64,000 nucleotides of DNA. It comes from Tubiluchus corallicola (lineage: Eukaryota > Animalia > Priapulida). Positions within the stretch are counted from its first letter, which is position 1; each line of letters opens with the position of its first letter. The position numbers and the translations under genes were made by a program. Positions 50,676 through 64,000 of the stretch are shown here, piece after piece. The notes beneath the pieces were generated by a model. The model made no database searches. It was not told the origin of the DNA and saw only the letters and a program-made list of their open reading frames with translations. The stretch lies in the NCBI GenBank assembly GCA_030141605.1, contig JAQGDQ010000155.1:1-64000 (forward strand). The letters are read 5' to 3'.

Positions 50676-53339
50676 TAGTGTATCCACAGGTTAAGTTGGG
50701 CAATAACATGCTTACCCATTTCCCAATTCCCCATCGAATCTCGTGCTCAACTTGCAGACCACAGTGTGTTCAAATCGATGCAGACACAAGCAAATCAGTA
50801 GTGAGTTAGTGAATTGGTTGACTGTCCAGCCTGAAGCTATCTTGGTTGAGCACTGGCTTGCAGTACTTTCTGTGTTTCAGGTGTCTGTATTGACTGTTGA
50901 AAGACACAGGCAGGTGTAAAAGTGAAATAAATTAAGCTCAGGTGTGCATTCTACTGATTACAGGTAAGTTGTGTACAAATGAAGCTTTCGTTTATTGCAA
51001 GTTAGTTTTTAGTTAATTCTTGCACTAGTGGTAATTTATAGAATATTTTCTCTTATTTAATGTAGCAACATGTTTCGGGACATGTGTCGCCTTCTATCAT
51101 TAACTAATGGAATATATGGTATCTTTAAACTTGAAGGTTACATGATTTTGTTAGCATTTTTGCACTTTTCCTGTGACTACGTACAGCACTTAGTGACATT
51201 TGAACACTTTTTCATGAAAAAAATTCTCACTACTACTACTCAAAGCATGGTTGTAAAATTTTCAATAGTCTTTTAATATTTTAACAGGCAAGAGGTTGTA
51301 ATGTTTCCCTTGATTACTAACAGGTGTCGCCATGATTCTAACAATGTGTCATCACATACTCCCAATGTTGTTTATAGCAGTCTGTTCTGGTGTGATGCTT
51401 AATTGTAATTTGACAAAAGTAAATGAGATTACAGCCTTTAGTAAACCAGTTATACTTTCATACATAGATGTATGCACGAGATCAGATCGAAGTGTTCATA
51501 TGGTTCTGTCAGTTTTATAAAAACAATTTGATGTTGTAAAACCCCTGTGTCTGCTCTGATGACTACTGACAAGCAATAGCGGTGCTCGGTACCTTGTATG
51601 TAATAATTTAGATCGATTTGATGTTGTTCTGGTAATTTGGAATACCCTTGTTCATTGTTTTGTCATCTCCATAGATTAGTAATAATTACTGCTGTAATGA
51701 TTTACTGATTACTAGTGACCCGCACTGAGAATTATTAGCCAAGAAGTAGCAACAGTCATTTTCTGCACTGTCACCATTGCTGCTTGATGTCCCAACAAGC
51801 TGCATATTATTTGCAGTAAACAATGGATGTAAGATATTTGAAGTATGTAGCTAGTTTATTCAATGTATCATTATTTTTTAATAATAGCATGAAATTTTAG
51901 CTGCTTCTTTTGCGTCCTGGTTTCTGTATACCTTTTCTGAGAAGCGCCATCGCCGACTTAGTGATGTGATGCAATTTAGCTGTGCAGAATACAAATTGTA
52001 AATGTGGTTTAAAGGAATCCGTAATTTTTTTAAATGTCCAAGTTATTTTGTCATTGACTGCTGAAAACTTTATTCTAACTCAGAGGCAGTGTAAACGGCT
52101 GTATTGCAATAAAGGCAGAAGCTGCTTTACTTTTATGAATTAGCTATTTGCTGCAACTGAAAAGCTGGAAGCGAGTGAGTCAGGTTCTAGAAAAAGATAT
52201 TGTTGTAATTTGCGCACAGTGGATTGTGAACTGCTTACATGTTTGCTCCGTGATGCCAGACTTCGGACCGCCGTGTGTCGCATATTAAGTTTATTAGCAG
52301 ATGATTAAAGCGGGATGACGTTGCACACGAACTATTTATTAAATCAACAGTAAAACATGTGCAAAACGATCGAGTTATCCGGCAGATGTGTTATAAAAAT
52401 ATCAGCCGCCGTCTAGAATTACCAACCCTTCAAAATGTCCGTGGTGTACTTAACATAGTACAATAATTCTTGCTCTAAGTTTTAAAAAACAATACTAGTA
52501 ACGAGCAAACCATAATCAAATAATAATATAGTTCCTGCTTTTGCCATGTAATAGTAAAAACATGATACTTGAGTGCCTTATCTCGTTTTAGTATAAAAGT
52601 ATTTTGTTTATGATTTCATTATCTTAGGTGCTTTCATTATGCCAAATGTATATGATCTGCAGTAATATAAATACATTGTAACAATGCAAATGTCACGTGA
52701 GCACTTGAAATTTTTTATCAGCGCCATCTGTCGTCATGTTGGCTTATTATTCTAAACATTTCGCTAAGCATGTGTAAATAAAAATATTAATATTCCTGGC
52801 ACAGTTGCTGCCATATGGTTGTTGGTTAGCAGGCTCCAGTTTTCCTTCAGGGTGAATAGCATTCAAACTGTTGCAGTAGCTGGAAACGAAACTCTGAGGC
52901 TTATGAATAGAACGGCTTTTCACCTTTATCATAATTTCTTAGTTTAGCAGAATTTCTTTGTTTTCTTTTAGCATCGTCAGTTAGATTGATTCGGTTTTAC
53001 TTGTTTGTGCCACTGCTGTGTTTTAGTTGTGTTAGCCTTACTGTTAGGCTGTTTTTCTTGTTGGCTAGAATTGTTTGTCTCATTTCTGGCTGTCTAGAAT
53101 TTGTCAACTCCATTACTAGACTGTTTTTCTGGTGCCTAAAATTGTCAGCCTCATTGCCCGGCTGTTTTTCTGATTATCTAGGTTTGCTAGCCTTACTGTT
53201 AGACTCTTTTTGATTGCATTTTTATTATGTTTTTGAGGTAAAAATACACTGAGATAAAAATCATTGTCTCGATCCTGCCTATTTGATAGAGAAATTTCTT
53301 TTATAACAGTTTACGTGATGAGTGAGTTAGGGAATACTA

Positions 53340-53368
53340 GCGTGTGCAAGGCGCGTGTAATTTCTAGT
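53340..53368 (+). mobile_element. Possible Helitron 3' end
   Basis: Imperfect GC-rich hairpin followed by CTAG|T. Confidence 0.35.
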
Positions 53369-53533
53369 ATTTCATGACTTCCCACGCGAGCTGGTGTTTG
53401 TTTTTGCTTCTAATCTTATCTGGGTATCGTAAATATTTGCTCTGTTTTCGGCGGCTAGACGTTGTTAAGCGCTGGCACTGACGGGTAGGCTGTGGCAGAC
53501 GCTGCAAAGCGACGGTACTGATGGGGAGGCTGA

Positions 53534-53716
53534 TGAAAGCCCACTAGGCGAAATTAGAGAACCGCATTCCCAAAATACTCGTTTTAACGTCGAGTTCTTT
53601 GCTGATTCGTTTTGAATGAGAGATAAATTGTTTCAGATGTGGGTACACGCTGAAACCGCTAGAGGGCGTGATATCGATTTCAAACTTTTATTGTCCGACA
53701 CCTAGGTGGGCTTTCA
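53534..53716. mobile_element. MITE (about 183 bp)
   Basis: Terminal inverted repeats tgaaagcccac-tagg / cctaggtgggctttca. Confidence 0.65.
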
Positions 53717-53789
53717 AACTGTTTTGAAACTTGATAAATTGTCTTTTTTGCTAAAGTTTTCTGTTATTTTTGAGTATGTTTCTAATTGC

Positions 53790-54350
53790 TAGCAAACATG
53801 AACATGCTCATAATTATGAACAAGAATGAGCATGCTCACAATTGCTAACAAGGATGGGCATGCTCACAATTGCCAAGAAGAATGAATATGCTCATAATTA
53901 TGAACAAGAATGAGCATGCTCACAATTGCTAACAAGGAAGGGCATGCTCACAATTACCAAGAAGAATGAACACGCTCATAATTATGAACAAGAATGAGCA
54001 TGCTCACAATTGCTAACAAGGAAGGGCATGCTCACAATTGCCAAGAAGAATGAACATGCTCATAATTATGAACAAGAATGAGCATGCTCACAATTGCTAA
54101 CAAGGATGGGCATGCTCACAATTGCCAAGAAGAATGCAATGAACACACTCATAATTATGAACAAGAATGAGCATGCCCATAATTGCCATCAAAGATGAGT
54201 ATGGTTATAACTGCCAGCAAAGATGAGCATGGTTATAATGGCCAGCAAAGATGAGCATGGTCATAATGGCCAGCAAAGATGAACATTGTCGTAATGGCCA
54301 GCGAAGATGAGCATGGTCACAATTGCCAGCAAGAATGGGCATGTTCATAA
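53790..54350. repeat. 28-bp minisatellite with an 84-bp (3-mer) higher-order repeat
   Basis: Three 28-bp variants recur in fixed order with an 84-bp period (for example 53825 to 53909), then grade into a diverged 28-bp monomer. Confidence 0.9.
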
Positions 54351-55585
54351 TAAGCCTATTCACAGTTTCGTTGTGCGCACGCGCAGTTGCTGTAGGCCAA
54401 AGGTTAAGTGTACCACAGCAACACGTCTTGACTACAATCGTCACGTGACATGTGTAAAGCAAAACCGCCTGCTGCATTGTTCTGTAACTTCAGTTCAGTA
54501 GCTTCAGTTGTTTTGCATAGATTATACCTTATTATGTATCAGTCTGTGCGTAGAGTGATTTACTAGCAGAATTTTCCCCGTGAACAAGAGAAAATGAACT
54601 AAATAAGGTTTTATTTAGCTGTTAAAACTAATACTATTACAATAGCATGGGCTGCAAGGCCTTGTCAAGTGTACACAAATGCGTCTGGCACCCTTAACCT
54701 TTGACCTTTTCACCTTCATCATGAATTGCTGGAACTGTGAAAAAGGCCTATTGCCAACAAGAGTAAGCAAGGTCATACCAGCCAATAGGAGCGTTAATTG
54801 ACAACAAAAATGTATGTATCCAAATTTTTCAGTATGCTAAATAAGACTTGTCCAATTGATATAAGCTTGTTGTGGTTTAGCGGGTAAATCTTGTAAGACA
54901 CTGATCATTACCTGTAATGCATGAACCAGATGCTAGCACGTTGCATGAAGTAAACACAAACTTACTGTCATCGGATACGTTGCGTATTTCGTTACCACGC
55001 AACCAAGGTATATATGCGAGTCCCCTGCATGTGAACTCGCCCTTAGATGCGTCAGTTAATCGGTATTTCTCATGCATTAAAACAGCTCTGCGCCGCCGAC
55101 TTTAATTCGATTGTAAACCGATATTCAGACAACAAAGTCAATTTTCTGCAGCTATAATCTGCTTTTACGTGCTGTGAGTGAGAGTTAATTTCCATGAAAT
55201 CTTGCACGCGGCGACGCACCTGCAATTCAGGGAAAGTTCGCATTGTCATTGCTTAGTTCGGCAGCATTAGCTCTGGCGGATTTATGAGATGGGGTGGTGC
55301 AGTTGGTGGTGTGCTGTTAGTGCCTTCTTAGCCGGTGAACGCTTTTCAGACGTCTGGAAACTTAGTGCAAATTTATGTATGTATTAGTGCAAATAAATGC
55401 ATGTATTGTGTCTATAAAAATAACGATTCTTGAATCCAATAAATGCTTTTTCACCCGTTCTCTTTCTCTCTCGTTTTTATTTCTGTTCCTCTTTTTTTCT
55501 CTAATTTTGCTTCTCTGCTTTTCAATAACTCATACATGAGTAAACCTATTTGCTTCAATTTTCTGTTTTTTCCCAATGCATTCCC

Positions 55586-55653
55586 TCCTCTCTCTCTCTC
55601 TCTCTCTCTCTCCTCCTCCTCCTCCTCCTCCTCTCTCTCTCCTCCTCCTCCTC

Positions 55654-55695
<42 letters not shown>
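55586..55695. repeat. (CT)n/(CCT)n compound microsatellite
   Basis: Read directly. Confidence 0.97.
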
Positions 55696-55698
<3 letters not shown>

Positions 55699-56201
55699 TG
55701 TCTGACTATCTATATATCTGTCTATCTAACCATCTGTTCATCTGCCCAGCCATACTGCCACCCATGTGTCCATCCCTCCGTCCATTCTTCCAACCATCCG
55801 TCCATCTTTCTCTTTCTCAAATTTAATTTAACTAAACTTAAAGTAGCTGATAATCTCAAAATGCAAACCATTCAATTATCCATATGATGCCAGTGTTAGA
55901 ATAATTTCAGTAAATCATAATGTTACATACTTTGACGTTATACATAGGAAAATGTCTTACAGTTTGTACATGAGAGTAATGCGTAGTACAAATTCATTTA
56001 TCTGAAAGTGAAGTGGCTTACATTTCTGACATTAGAAGACAGTGGAGGATCTTATTATATAGAAATTATAGTTAGGCGTATTTTGGTAAGTATTGCTGGT
56101 TAATTTGTTATTTGTGTATGTAGTACACACGTAATGTTGTAAATATCGTGCAATTGTGGTGCATGTACTTTTTTATTTGTGTGTGTAAACAAATCTCTCT
56201 G

Positions 56202-56202
<1 letters not shown>

Positions 56203-56259
<57 letters not shown>
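56203..56259. repeat. (TG)n microsatellite followed by a CT-rich tract
   Basis: Read directly. Confidence 0.97.
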
Positions 56260-56260
<1 letters not shown>

Positions 56261-57819
56261 GCACGTGCGTGCGTGCGTGTGTGCATCTCTCATTTTTCTC
56301 GTTCCCTTCGCTCTTTTTTCTCTCTCTGTCCTTCTCTCACCCTCTTTCTCGTTTTATGTTTGTCCATCCATCTGCCGGTCTATCTGTCTGTTTTTCTGCC
56401 AGTCTATCTGTCTATTTACTTGCTTCTATGCCCATCCCTTCTTTCTCTCCCTCTCCCCTTTCTCTTTCTCCCTCTCGCACTCCCCCCTCTTTTTCCTCTG
56501 TCTCGTCTCTCTCTTTCCTTCCTTCCTTTCCTCTGTCTTTCTGTCACTCTCTTTCCTGTGAATTCCCTTTCTTTCTTGTCTTTTGCTGTACAATAGTTTT
56601 AATAATGGCAGCATAGCACAACAGAAGTTGAATTGTTAATTATTAGCATTAACTTTCAGAAATGAAAAATCTAAAATTAACAAAATTTCGCGCGAGTAAG
56701 TGGATCAATAAGGCGGATTTGCAGGCTGTAGCTTTGTGAAATGTACAAAATGCTGTCACAACTCATTGAGTAGTGGAGGGCTAAACCGTAAACACGCTGA
56801 CTGCCAGAACGCCATTATGATGACACTAGTTGACATTCTACAATTTGCCACGAGCAGCGCTAGAAGCATTCCACGAATTTTTCTTATCTACTGCGCTTAT
56901 AATGAGCATGTGTGCAAGAGCTAGGCCTATGTCACCCGGTGGTAGTAGGAACCAGGGAATGGTTGAGCATCTCGAGGTACGTTCACGTTTTAAGGCATAA
57001 ACCATACTTTACAGAGCTGTTGTATTGTTGTGGGCTTATGTAGGATTCCTACTGGAGTTTGCTCTTCGTGGACCTGCCGGACACTGTCTGTCTGCACTAT
57101 TTTTTGAAAAGTGTCTAATAATAGTCTTCGAACATTAGTTAGCTAGTAGAGTCACAAAGATTTGGTTTGCTGTACCTTTTGGTTACATTTCATGTTTATG
57201 AAATTCTAAACAAAATTGAATCTATAAACCATTAAACCTTTGCTAGAGTTCTGCATGTGTGTGAAAACTTTCGCCGCTTGCTACTGTAGGTAGTTTCTGC
57301 ATGGTTTTTGGGTACTGTCTACTTTTTATCCCATTAAATCATAATTTGTAAGTGTTTAACGTAGTTGCTGTTTCCAATCAGTTTAAATTCATATAGGTCT
57401 TCTTGTGTAAACTGGTGCTACCTGATTTTATTTGTGCTTTTATCTGATGATTGAAATCTATTATATTAACTTTTATCATTGTACAAAGGCAAATTTTACA
57501 AATAATGGTATGTTAAAGTTCGTTTACAATATCCCGTATATAGAGGGTCAGAGTGCAACCACGCAGTCTTGAGTTCGATACTAGCGGCTGTAGGCGCTAG
57601 GGTATATACCCTACATACATATTAATTGTTTGTGTACTTACACTTACCGGTATTGTTGCTAAATAGTATAAGTCACGAAATAGCCGTTATGTGCTAATGT
57701 TGTTTGTGCGACGGTAAATAATTATTATCTTTTGTCTTGTCTATATTGTATATATCTAAATATGTATATGTGTGAGTAATTTTAAATAAATAAATAATAA
57801 TAATAAAGATAATGATGTT

Positions 57820-57820
57820 A

Positions 57821-57851
<31 letters not shown>

Positions 57852-57862
57852 CGACGACAACG
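57820..57862. repeat. (GAT)n/(GAC)n microsatellite
   Basis: Read directly. Confidence 0.9.
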
Positions 57863-58414
57863 ATATGTGCTACAGGTGTAATGTGTAATTTGTGTACGAG
57901 TTTTTCATAGATATTATTTTGTTCATTGTCATTTTAGTTGATTTGCTTATTTTTTCAGTGTGTTTTCATTTTTGCTGTTAGTCAGTTGTTAGATGGTATT
58001 CGGTTGCTGAGCAACCAAAACGTTCCATCAAGTTTCTCTGTCCTGTATAACATCGTTGCGTTTTCTGTTCCTGATATTTGGCTTGTCATGTCCGACTTCG
58101 ATTATCAGGATCACCGCCTTCCGCTCTACTCTCATTGTCGATGCACAGCCCTCTTTATTTATCCTTCTCTTTTGTTCGTTTCCCATCGGAAGGCTTTCCA
58201 AGTCTGTGGCTTTGGCTGTTAACCAAATACCGAATCTTGCCAGATCTAATAATGTTTAACAGTCCTCGGCGGATCCAAACAAGGGTACCTCCCATTGGAA
58301 GTCCTTTTTGGGAATTTGCCTTCCAAAACGAGAATGGGAATTCTGAATTATTTTGATTTTTTAGTTTCTCTACTTTCATAAGGATTCTCAAACTATGACT
58401 TCGTCGTTCAATTA

Positions 58415-58874
58415 CCGTATTTTCCCATGTATAAGAGACCCTTGTGTATAAGAGACCCCTTCAATTTTTAGGCAAAAATTCTGGAAAAAAGTTTTTTGGT
58501 AATGAATAACTTTATTCATCATAGAAATCATTAAATTCCTCATCACTCTCATCAAAAATATCAACTGGAGTCAGACCTTCAGCAATTCCAGCCAGTTCAT
58601 CATCAGAGGAGTCACTCTGCTCAAAAATGGCATTGTCCTCTGTGCCGTCCATGGCATTGGAGATGCCACACTTCTTGAAAGATTTAATAATGACCTCTGG
58701 CTTTACACCATTCCATGCCTTGAGGCACTTGTAGAGCACTTATTTCTTTAATATCATTAGTGTCACAATTTATGCATCTTATTGAAAAGTCTTACTCCCA
58801 TGTATAAGAGACCCCCTGTTTTTAAAGTGAAAATTCTGAGCAAAAAAGGGTCTCTTATACACGGGAAAATACGG
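58415..58874 (-). mobile_element. Internally deleted pogo-family element (460 bp)
   Basis: TIR ccgtattttccc(a/g)tgtataagagacc and TA TSD. Interior encodes the transposase C-terminus AWNGVKPEVIIKSFKKCGISNAMDGTED. Confidence 0.92.
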
Positions 58875-61800
58875 TATATGCAGATTAACACACGCTAGCT
58901 GTAAATAATTTCACTGCGGTCTGAGCACTGTAAGCTGCTAGTCGGTTTATATGGCAGCTAAAGTCCAATATTCTGCTATATTCTATAATATCGATTAGCC
59001 TGATATCATCAGCCTATTATGTACCATTGAGCATCAGCATATCGACTGTGATCGCTTCTTGTTCTAGTTCTGGCTGTGGTGAAGCCAACAGCAGTTTTGA
59101 AAATGCTTGCATAATTTTCATGCCAGTCTCCCAATTTGCATGTTATTAAATGGCTTCTTCAACAGCGAAAACTCGAAATTAATGATTGCTTAATGGCTGC
59201 TTGTGGCACACGTCTTGATGCAAGTGTTAAAAGAGGTGGCAGTTTGGAGGGGGTAATCGCAAATTTGTGTCAGGGTGATATATGACTTGCTCAAACACTG
59301 GTAAGGAGAACTATAAAGGCCTTGTTGTTTGAATATTAAAAATTTCTGGAGAATCTTCTAGTTTGGCAGGTGGCACCACTAGTGATGGCGTTCCGAACAC
59401 TGCTAGCGAATGACAAATTATGTTTGGTAGCTAAATGTGAAAGTAAATTTGGAATAGACCTTAGGTAAAGAGTGGTTTGGCATTAAAAATGTTGTTATCA
59501 TTGAGTAGTTGTTAAATTACTGGATGCCACATTTATCTTGTTATCGAGAGAAGGCTATGCAAAAAGCTGAGTACTTGTATGCTTTTTGAAATTATGTAAT
59601 TGTGCAATTATTCGAATGCATAGTTAGGGCAGATTTAATTTTTGCTTTTATTGATGTTGATTGGGGGTGGGTGTTGTGGGTGTGAGGGTTTATAAGATTT
59701 ACAAGCTCGTGTTCAGTTAATTTTGTGTCATCAAGCACAGTTAGGCTGGCAGATGGCGTGGTTATGTAATGCTTTTGCGCCTGTAGTTCCCTTTACTGGT
59801 TGCATTAACATAAAAGCTGAGTTTCTCAGAGCTCTGTTGTGCACCCCTTGCTTGTTTTTACTCTATATAAAAACTGCATCAGTGATTTTCAAATCGAAAT
59901 AATCATCTTCATTATATATATCAAACGAATATTAACTGAGATAAATCTATGTTCAAGTATACCTTTTATCTGTTTAAGTGGTAGTAAACATCCGATAAAG
60001 AACCGATTGATAGGAGTTCACTTATGGTCAGGCTTTGTTTTATGGTTAAGCTGACATTCCACAGAGACGCAACAAGGGACAAATCACCCTTGAACCGTTC
60101 TTTAAACTCGAGTGAAATACACCCTTTTGGAAAATTTCATTCATCAATAGATCCGCCCTTGTGTCTTGCAGTGATGCGATGCCTGATGAAGTTAATTGAT
60201 ATGCAATCATGTATTGGCATATTATCTAATGCATTCATAAGGAACGAGCTGCTAAGATTTCATTACATATTGCAGAGACGCTAAATTTATTGACCAGTAT
60301 ATAATAGGCGTACAGAGTGCATAAATAATGAAGCTAAACAGAAAATTATTAAGTGCACATTGTACTTTGACAGTTCAGTTTGTAATATTGCAAAAATGTT
60401 GTAATACTACGGAAATAGTAATCATAAGAATCTAGCGATTTTTGAAATGATCATGGTAATGATTATAATTATTGACATGTTGGTGATGGTGACGACGACG
60501 ATGATGATAATAATGATGGCGATGCCCACAACAGTTACTGTCACGATGAAACATCAAATGCATTGCTTATCTCACACTGAAGCACATAATTTAATCATTC
60601 ATTATTTTATATTATTTATTTATTTATTACCTCAGCACATTAATAAAGTAGTGAGTATTAGGCCTAAAATGCTTTATGTGCATGTTCTGGCTTTGATCAT
60701 TCTTCAACGTGAAAGAGTTTGAATTTTGTACAAATTGTGCCTTTTCGGTCACTCTGCATTTATTTCATCTACCACCCTGTATGAATTAAACGTCTACGGC
60801 TACAGCAGGCACCCTCTTCTGATAATTGAGCTTGATTTGAACTTGTATTCTGGGATAAATTGATTTGCTAATCGCCATTGATTCTCTGTGAAGACAGGAT
60901 GTAGCTACAATTGAAGCATTGATTGTGGAAATGCCCGCGCTGGTCGTCTGTCGATTTTGTTCAATTTAAAGGTATTGTGAGACCTGTCAAATTCTGGCAT
61001 TGTAAAAAACAGAAAAAAGCACAAATTATTGCACTTTGTGGAAAATTGGTGTAAATTTGTAAACTGTGAATGTAGTAGATTTGTGCTTATCGCAAAATAA
61101 CGACACTGTATTCGACGCGTGGAAATATAGCCGAGTGGTAACAGTATGTCCTCAGCAACCGAAGTTAAGCATTGCTAAGACTGGTCAGCGAATAGATGAG
61201 GGACATACTGGTTCTCTATTTCTGGGTACTTTCTTTCGCCACACTGGTCGAATAATAATAATAATAATTGATTTTTTGCCTTCAAAATAACAATCATAGA
61301 TAGTATATATCATTGAGTTACAAAGATTAAAGAAGGGCGGGATGGCGAAAGACCATAAGGTCATCTAGTCTGCCATCCTTAAATAGTGAGTCTACTAATT
61401 TCAGCATGGCGAGCAAATATTATTCGAACAAAATAAAGAATAGAATAGGAAACAGATCATAATTAAATTAATAGCAAACAATTACGGTAAATAAAATTAC
61501 GCAAATTTACGCAAAACAGTGAAAAGCTGTTTTCTTCTTTGATGGATGATATGCTTATGCCTGGATGTGGCCAAGACACTTCTGCCTCATCGTCATTGCC
61601 ACTACCGTAGACTCTGCTACGGTAAATGTCTGGATTGCTTCTACAGTTGTGTCGCGATTACTGGTTTCCTGTGGTTTTTAGGTCCTCTGACGTTAGTCAG
61701 TAAGGGGGATCTGTTTACTGACTAAAGTCAGAGGCCCTTTAAATAGGGGTTAAAATAGGGGTTGAGGAGACAAATTGATACCAGTGTCAACCGAGCTAGC

Positions 61801-62656
61801 TTGTATCAAATGAATGGTTTCAATGAGACAAATTGAATAGTATAATTTATGCCGAGATTGGCAGAGGGTCACGGGTTCAAATGTTACAAGTTGCTATTTC
61901 ATTATGAAGTGCAGTTCCTATGCATTAAGCAAACTAAATTCAATAAAACACAGTTAGAACTTTCAAAGAAAGGGCCGACGTCTTTTGAATGACCAATTCC
62001 ATAACTACTGACTGTAGTTATCTTCGATTTGTAATCTCCATTTTCTCCTTGTACATGTACCAATAAGTTTGGTGCTTTTACTGTGACAACTGTTCATAAA
62101 AAAATTACGTTGCTTGATTAATGGCCTCGGTATGTAATTGATTAATACCCTAAATAATGATTGATTGCGTCTTCAAGTCATCCAGGTAATTTAAGGTGTG
62201 TGTGATTGAGGCTGGAATACTTTGCAATCTGCTAGTTAGCACCATTGTCACAAATTTGTAGGTCACCTTTATCTTAAGAAAACTTACTGCCATTGATTGT
62301 AGATTTCAAACTTCTTGGCGCCAAAATGGTTATTAATCAGTAATTACACTAATTATAATAGCTGCAAATATCCGTTGTGCAATGCTTCGTAATAACGCCA
62401 TTAATTATATTGAAACAATAAAGGTGGATTACTGTGAAATCCCCAGGTAAATTGATCAGCAGGTGAGCAGTATCGTGACTAGTCATTGGATAAACATAAA
62501 TATTAATAAGAGAGGCTCCTGAAGAGTGTGTGCAACTTTCATGGATGAGTGTATAAAATGCATGAAATTCGACCACTGACATAATTTGAAAGTCATTACT
62601 TGCAAGAGAAATCAACTCTTCAACAAAAGCCTAAAGCACAACAAAATACTCTTTAG

Positions 62657-63634
62657 AAATTCGTCTTGAAATTTTGTATCACTTACATGCTGTCTTACTG
62701 CGCACAGAACTTGCGTTGGCAGTAACGCTGTATACAACTAAACTTCCACGACAACCATTAGGCGCAGCCGTTCTGACGGTAAGTCATTTGAAACGTGTTT
62801 AGGTAACATTGCATAAAGTTTGAAAAAGTAATCATAGCATTTGTAGCATATACTTCGCTGACTGACCAAAAGTTTAAATTACTTTTACCCCTCAGCGTAG
62901 TAAACAGTCAAAATCGGTATGGCTTTAGTAGTCAAGCACAAGCCATGACTACTCGGCAAAATATCCCGCTTATACCTAGTGTTCTATAATTTAAGTGATT
63001 TAATTGTTTATAGTTAAAGCATCAAATTCATTATTTTTGTTCAGGAATCAATTTGTTAGATGCTTGAGTCCTTTTCTTTTCTGAAATCCACACAGATAGG
63101 GCGCATCTGTTTGTGTGTAATTGTATAACCTTCACTTACTCTTGAAACCGTACAGAGGGCCGTAATCCGTGCACGTGACATCAACGATGAAGCCATGAAA
63201 TAATTGCTGACCTTGAAATCACCTCTTGAACTGCGTTGGTGTGTCGTCGATGTCGTGGCAGACTTAATTGCATTTTGCGTCGCCTGTTGGTGGAATCGTG
63301 AATTATGAGATGATTTCTTAAACGGTTTTCACAAATAAAGCCTTAAAAATTCGTCTTGAAATTTGGTATCACTTACGTGCTGTCTTATTGCATACAGAGT
63401 TTGCGTTAACAGTAATGCTGTATAAAGTTTGTAAATTTAAACTCTCGCAATGAGCGTTAGGCACTGCCATTTTAACGTCATTTGAAACTAGTCGTTTAGA
63501 TAACAGAAAAGTTGAAGAGTTGGGTAGACAAGTTGAAAACAGAAAAGTTGAAAAGTTGAGTAGACAAGTTGAAAAAACAATCAGAACATTCGTAGCACAC
63601 TCTTCGCTGACTAAGCAAAAGTACGAATTACTTT
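62657..63634. repeat. Dispersed direct duplication (about 62657-62886 and 63347-63634)
   Basis: Both copies start aaattcgtcttgaaattt.gtatcacttac and end cttcgctgact...aattacttt. The second has an internal tandem duplication. Confidence 0.8.
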
Positions 63635-64000
63635 ATCAGTAAGGCCAAGCAGTGTTCTTTTTTGGTGAATCAGTGGTGCACACTGGGATGGCGATGCAGT
63701 GACGCTTTCCCCGTTAACGCAAATATTTTAAATTATTAAGAATTTTCTTTTCCAATTATATAAGTCTTTGTAACTGGTAAGCATAATGCAAAGTAATATA
63801 ACTTTGTATGGAAAGTTCTTTTGGCGATATTTTAAAAATTCCCCTTTCTTCCCCTTTTACGAATATCACTGTCTGCGCTGTTATCAACTCTTAGCACCAT
63901 GCTTAGCACACATTTCAGTAATTACTTCGTGACTTCAACAATAGAATTCAACGCAAAACCTACTAGCAGTGCTGTAATTTTAAAGTTCCCAATAGCTGAT

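Noticed and set aside
50327-50734. Mucin-like or poly-Q/N coding exon
   Set aside because: In-frame stops interrupt the T/A-rich and Q-rich frames. It is better explained as a decayed trinucleotide repeat.
53530-53555. Hammerhead ribozyme core (CTGATGA...GAAA)
   Set aside because: Extra bases before stem II and no convincing stems I or III. The sequence is explained as the MITE's left TIR.
55443-56616. ORFs rich in LS, CV and HT repeats
   Set aside because: Translations of CT and TG microsatellites.
61840-61890. tRNA gene (B-box GGTTCAAAT; similar motif near 57572)
   Set aside because: No cloverleaf or acceptor stem. At most a decayed SINE head.

Overview
AT-rich animal (probably invertebrate) nuclear DNA, dense in transposons. 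Host genes: two minus-strand exons of a probably secreted SUEL/rhamnose-lectin-like protein (8.8-10.3 kb), an intact Rab14 with an intronless CDS (30.8-31.4 kb), and a multi-C2H2 zinc-finger gene (42.8-44.7 kb) with a dead partial copy upstream. Mobile elements: a young Gmr1-like Gypsy element (integrase before RT, SAP-like N-terminus, 1208-bp LTR) abutting a 33-bp minisatellite; a full-length Mag-type Gypsy; a doubly truncated Gypsy fragment; a solo-LTR-like insert with an 8-bp flanking duplication; two non-autonomous THAP/P-like elements with 7-bp TSDs; a Tigger/pogo nested in a Tigger MITE; Rex/Babar and CR1 relics; and several MITEs. The most interesting signal is not evident from the ORF track. 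Removing three insertions from 15-26.4 kb exposes a decayed, intronless, minus-strand nuclear-receptor locus: one DBD-hinge-LBD unit followed almost immediately by a unit that appears to carry up to three tandem DNA-binding domains plus an LBD. All calls come from reading the sequence by eye; no searches were run.
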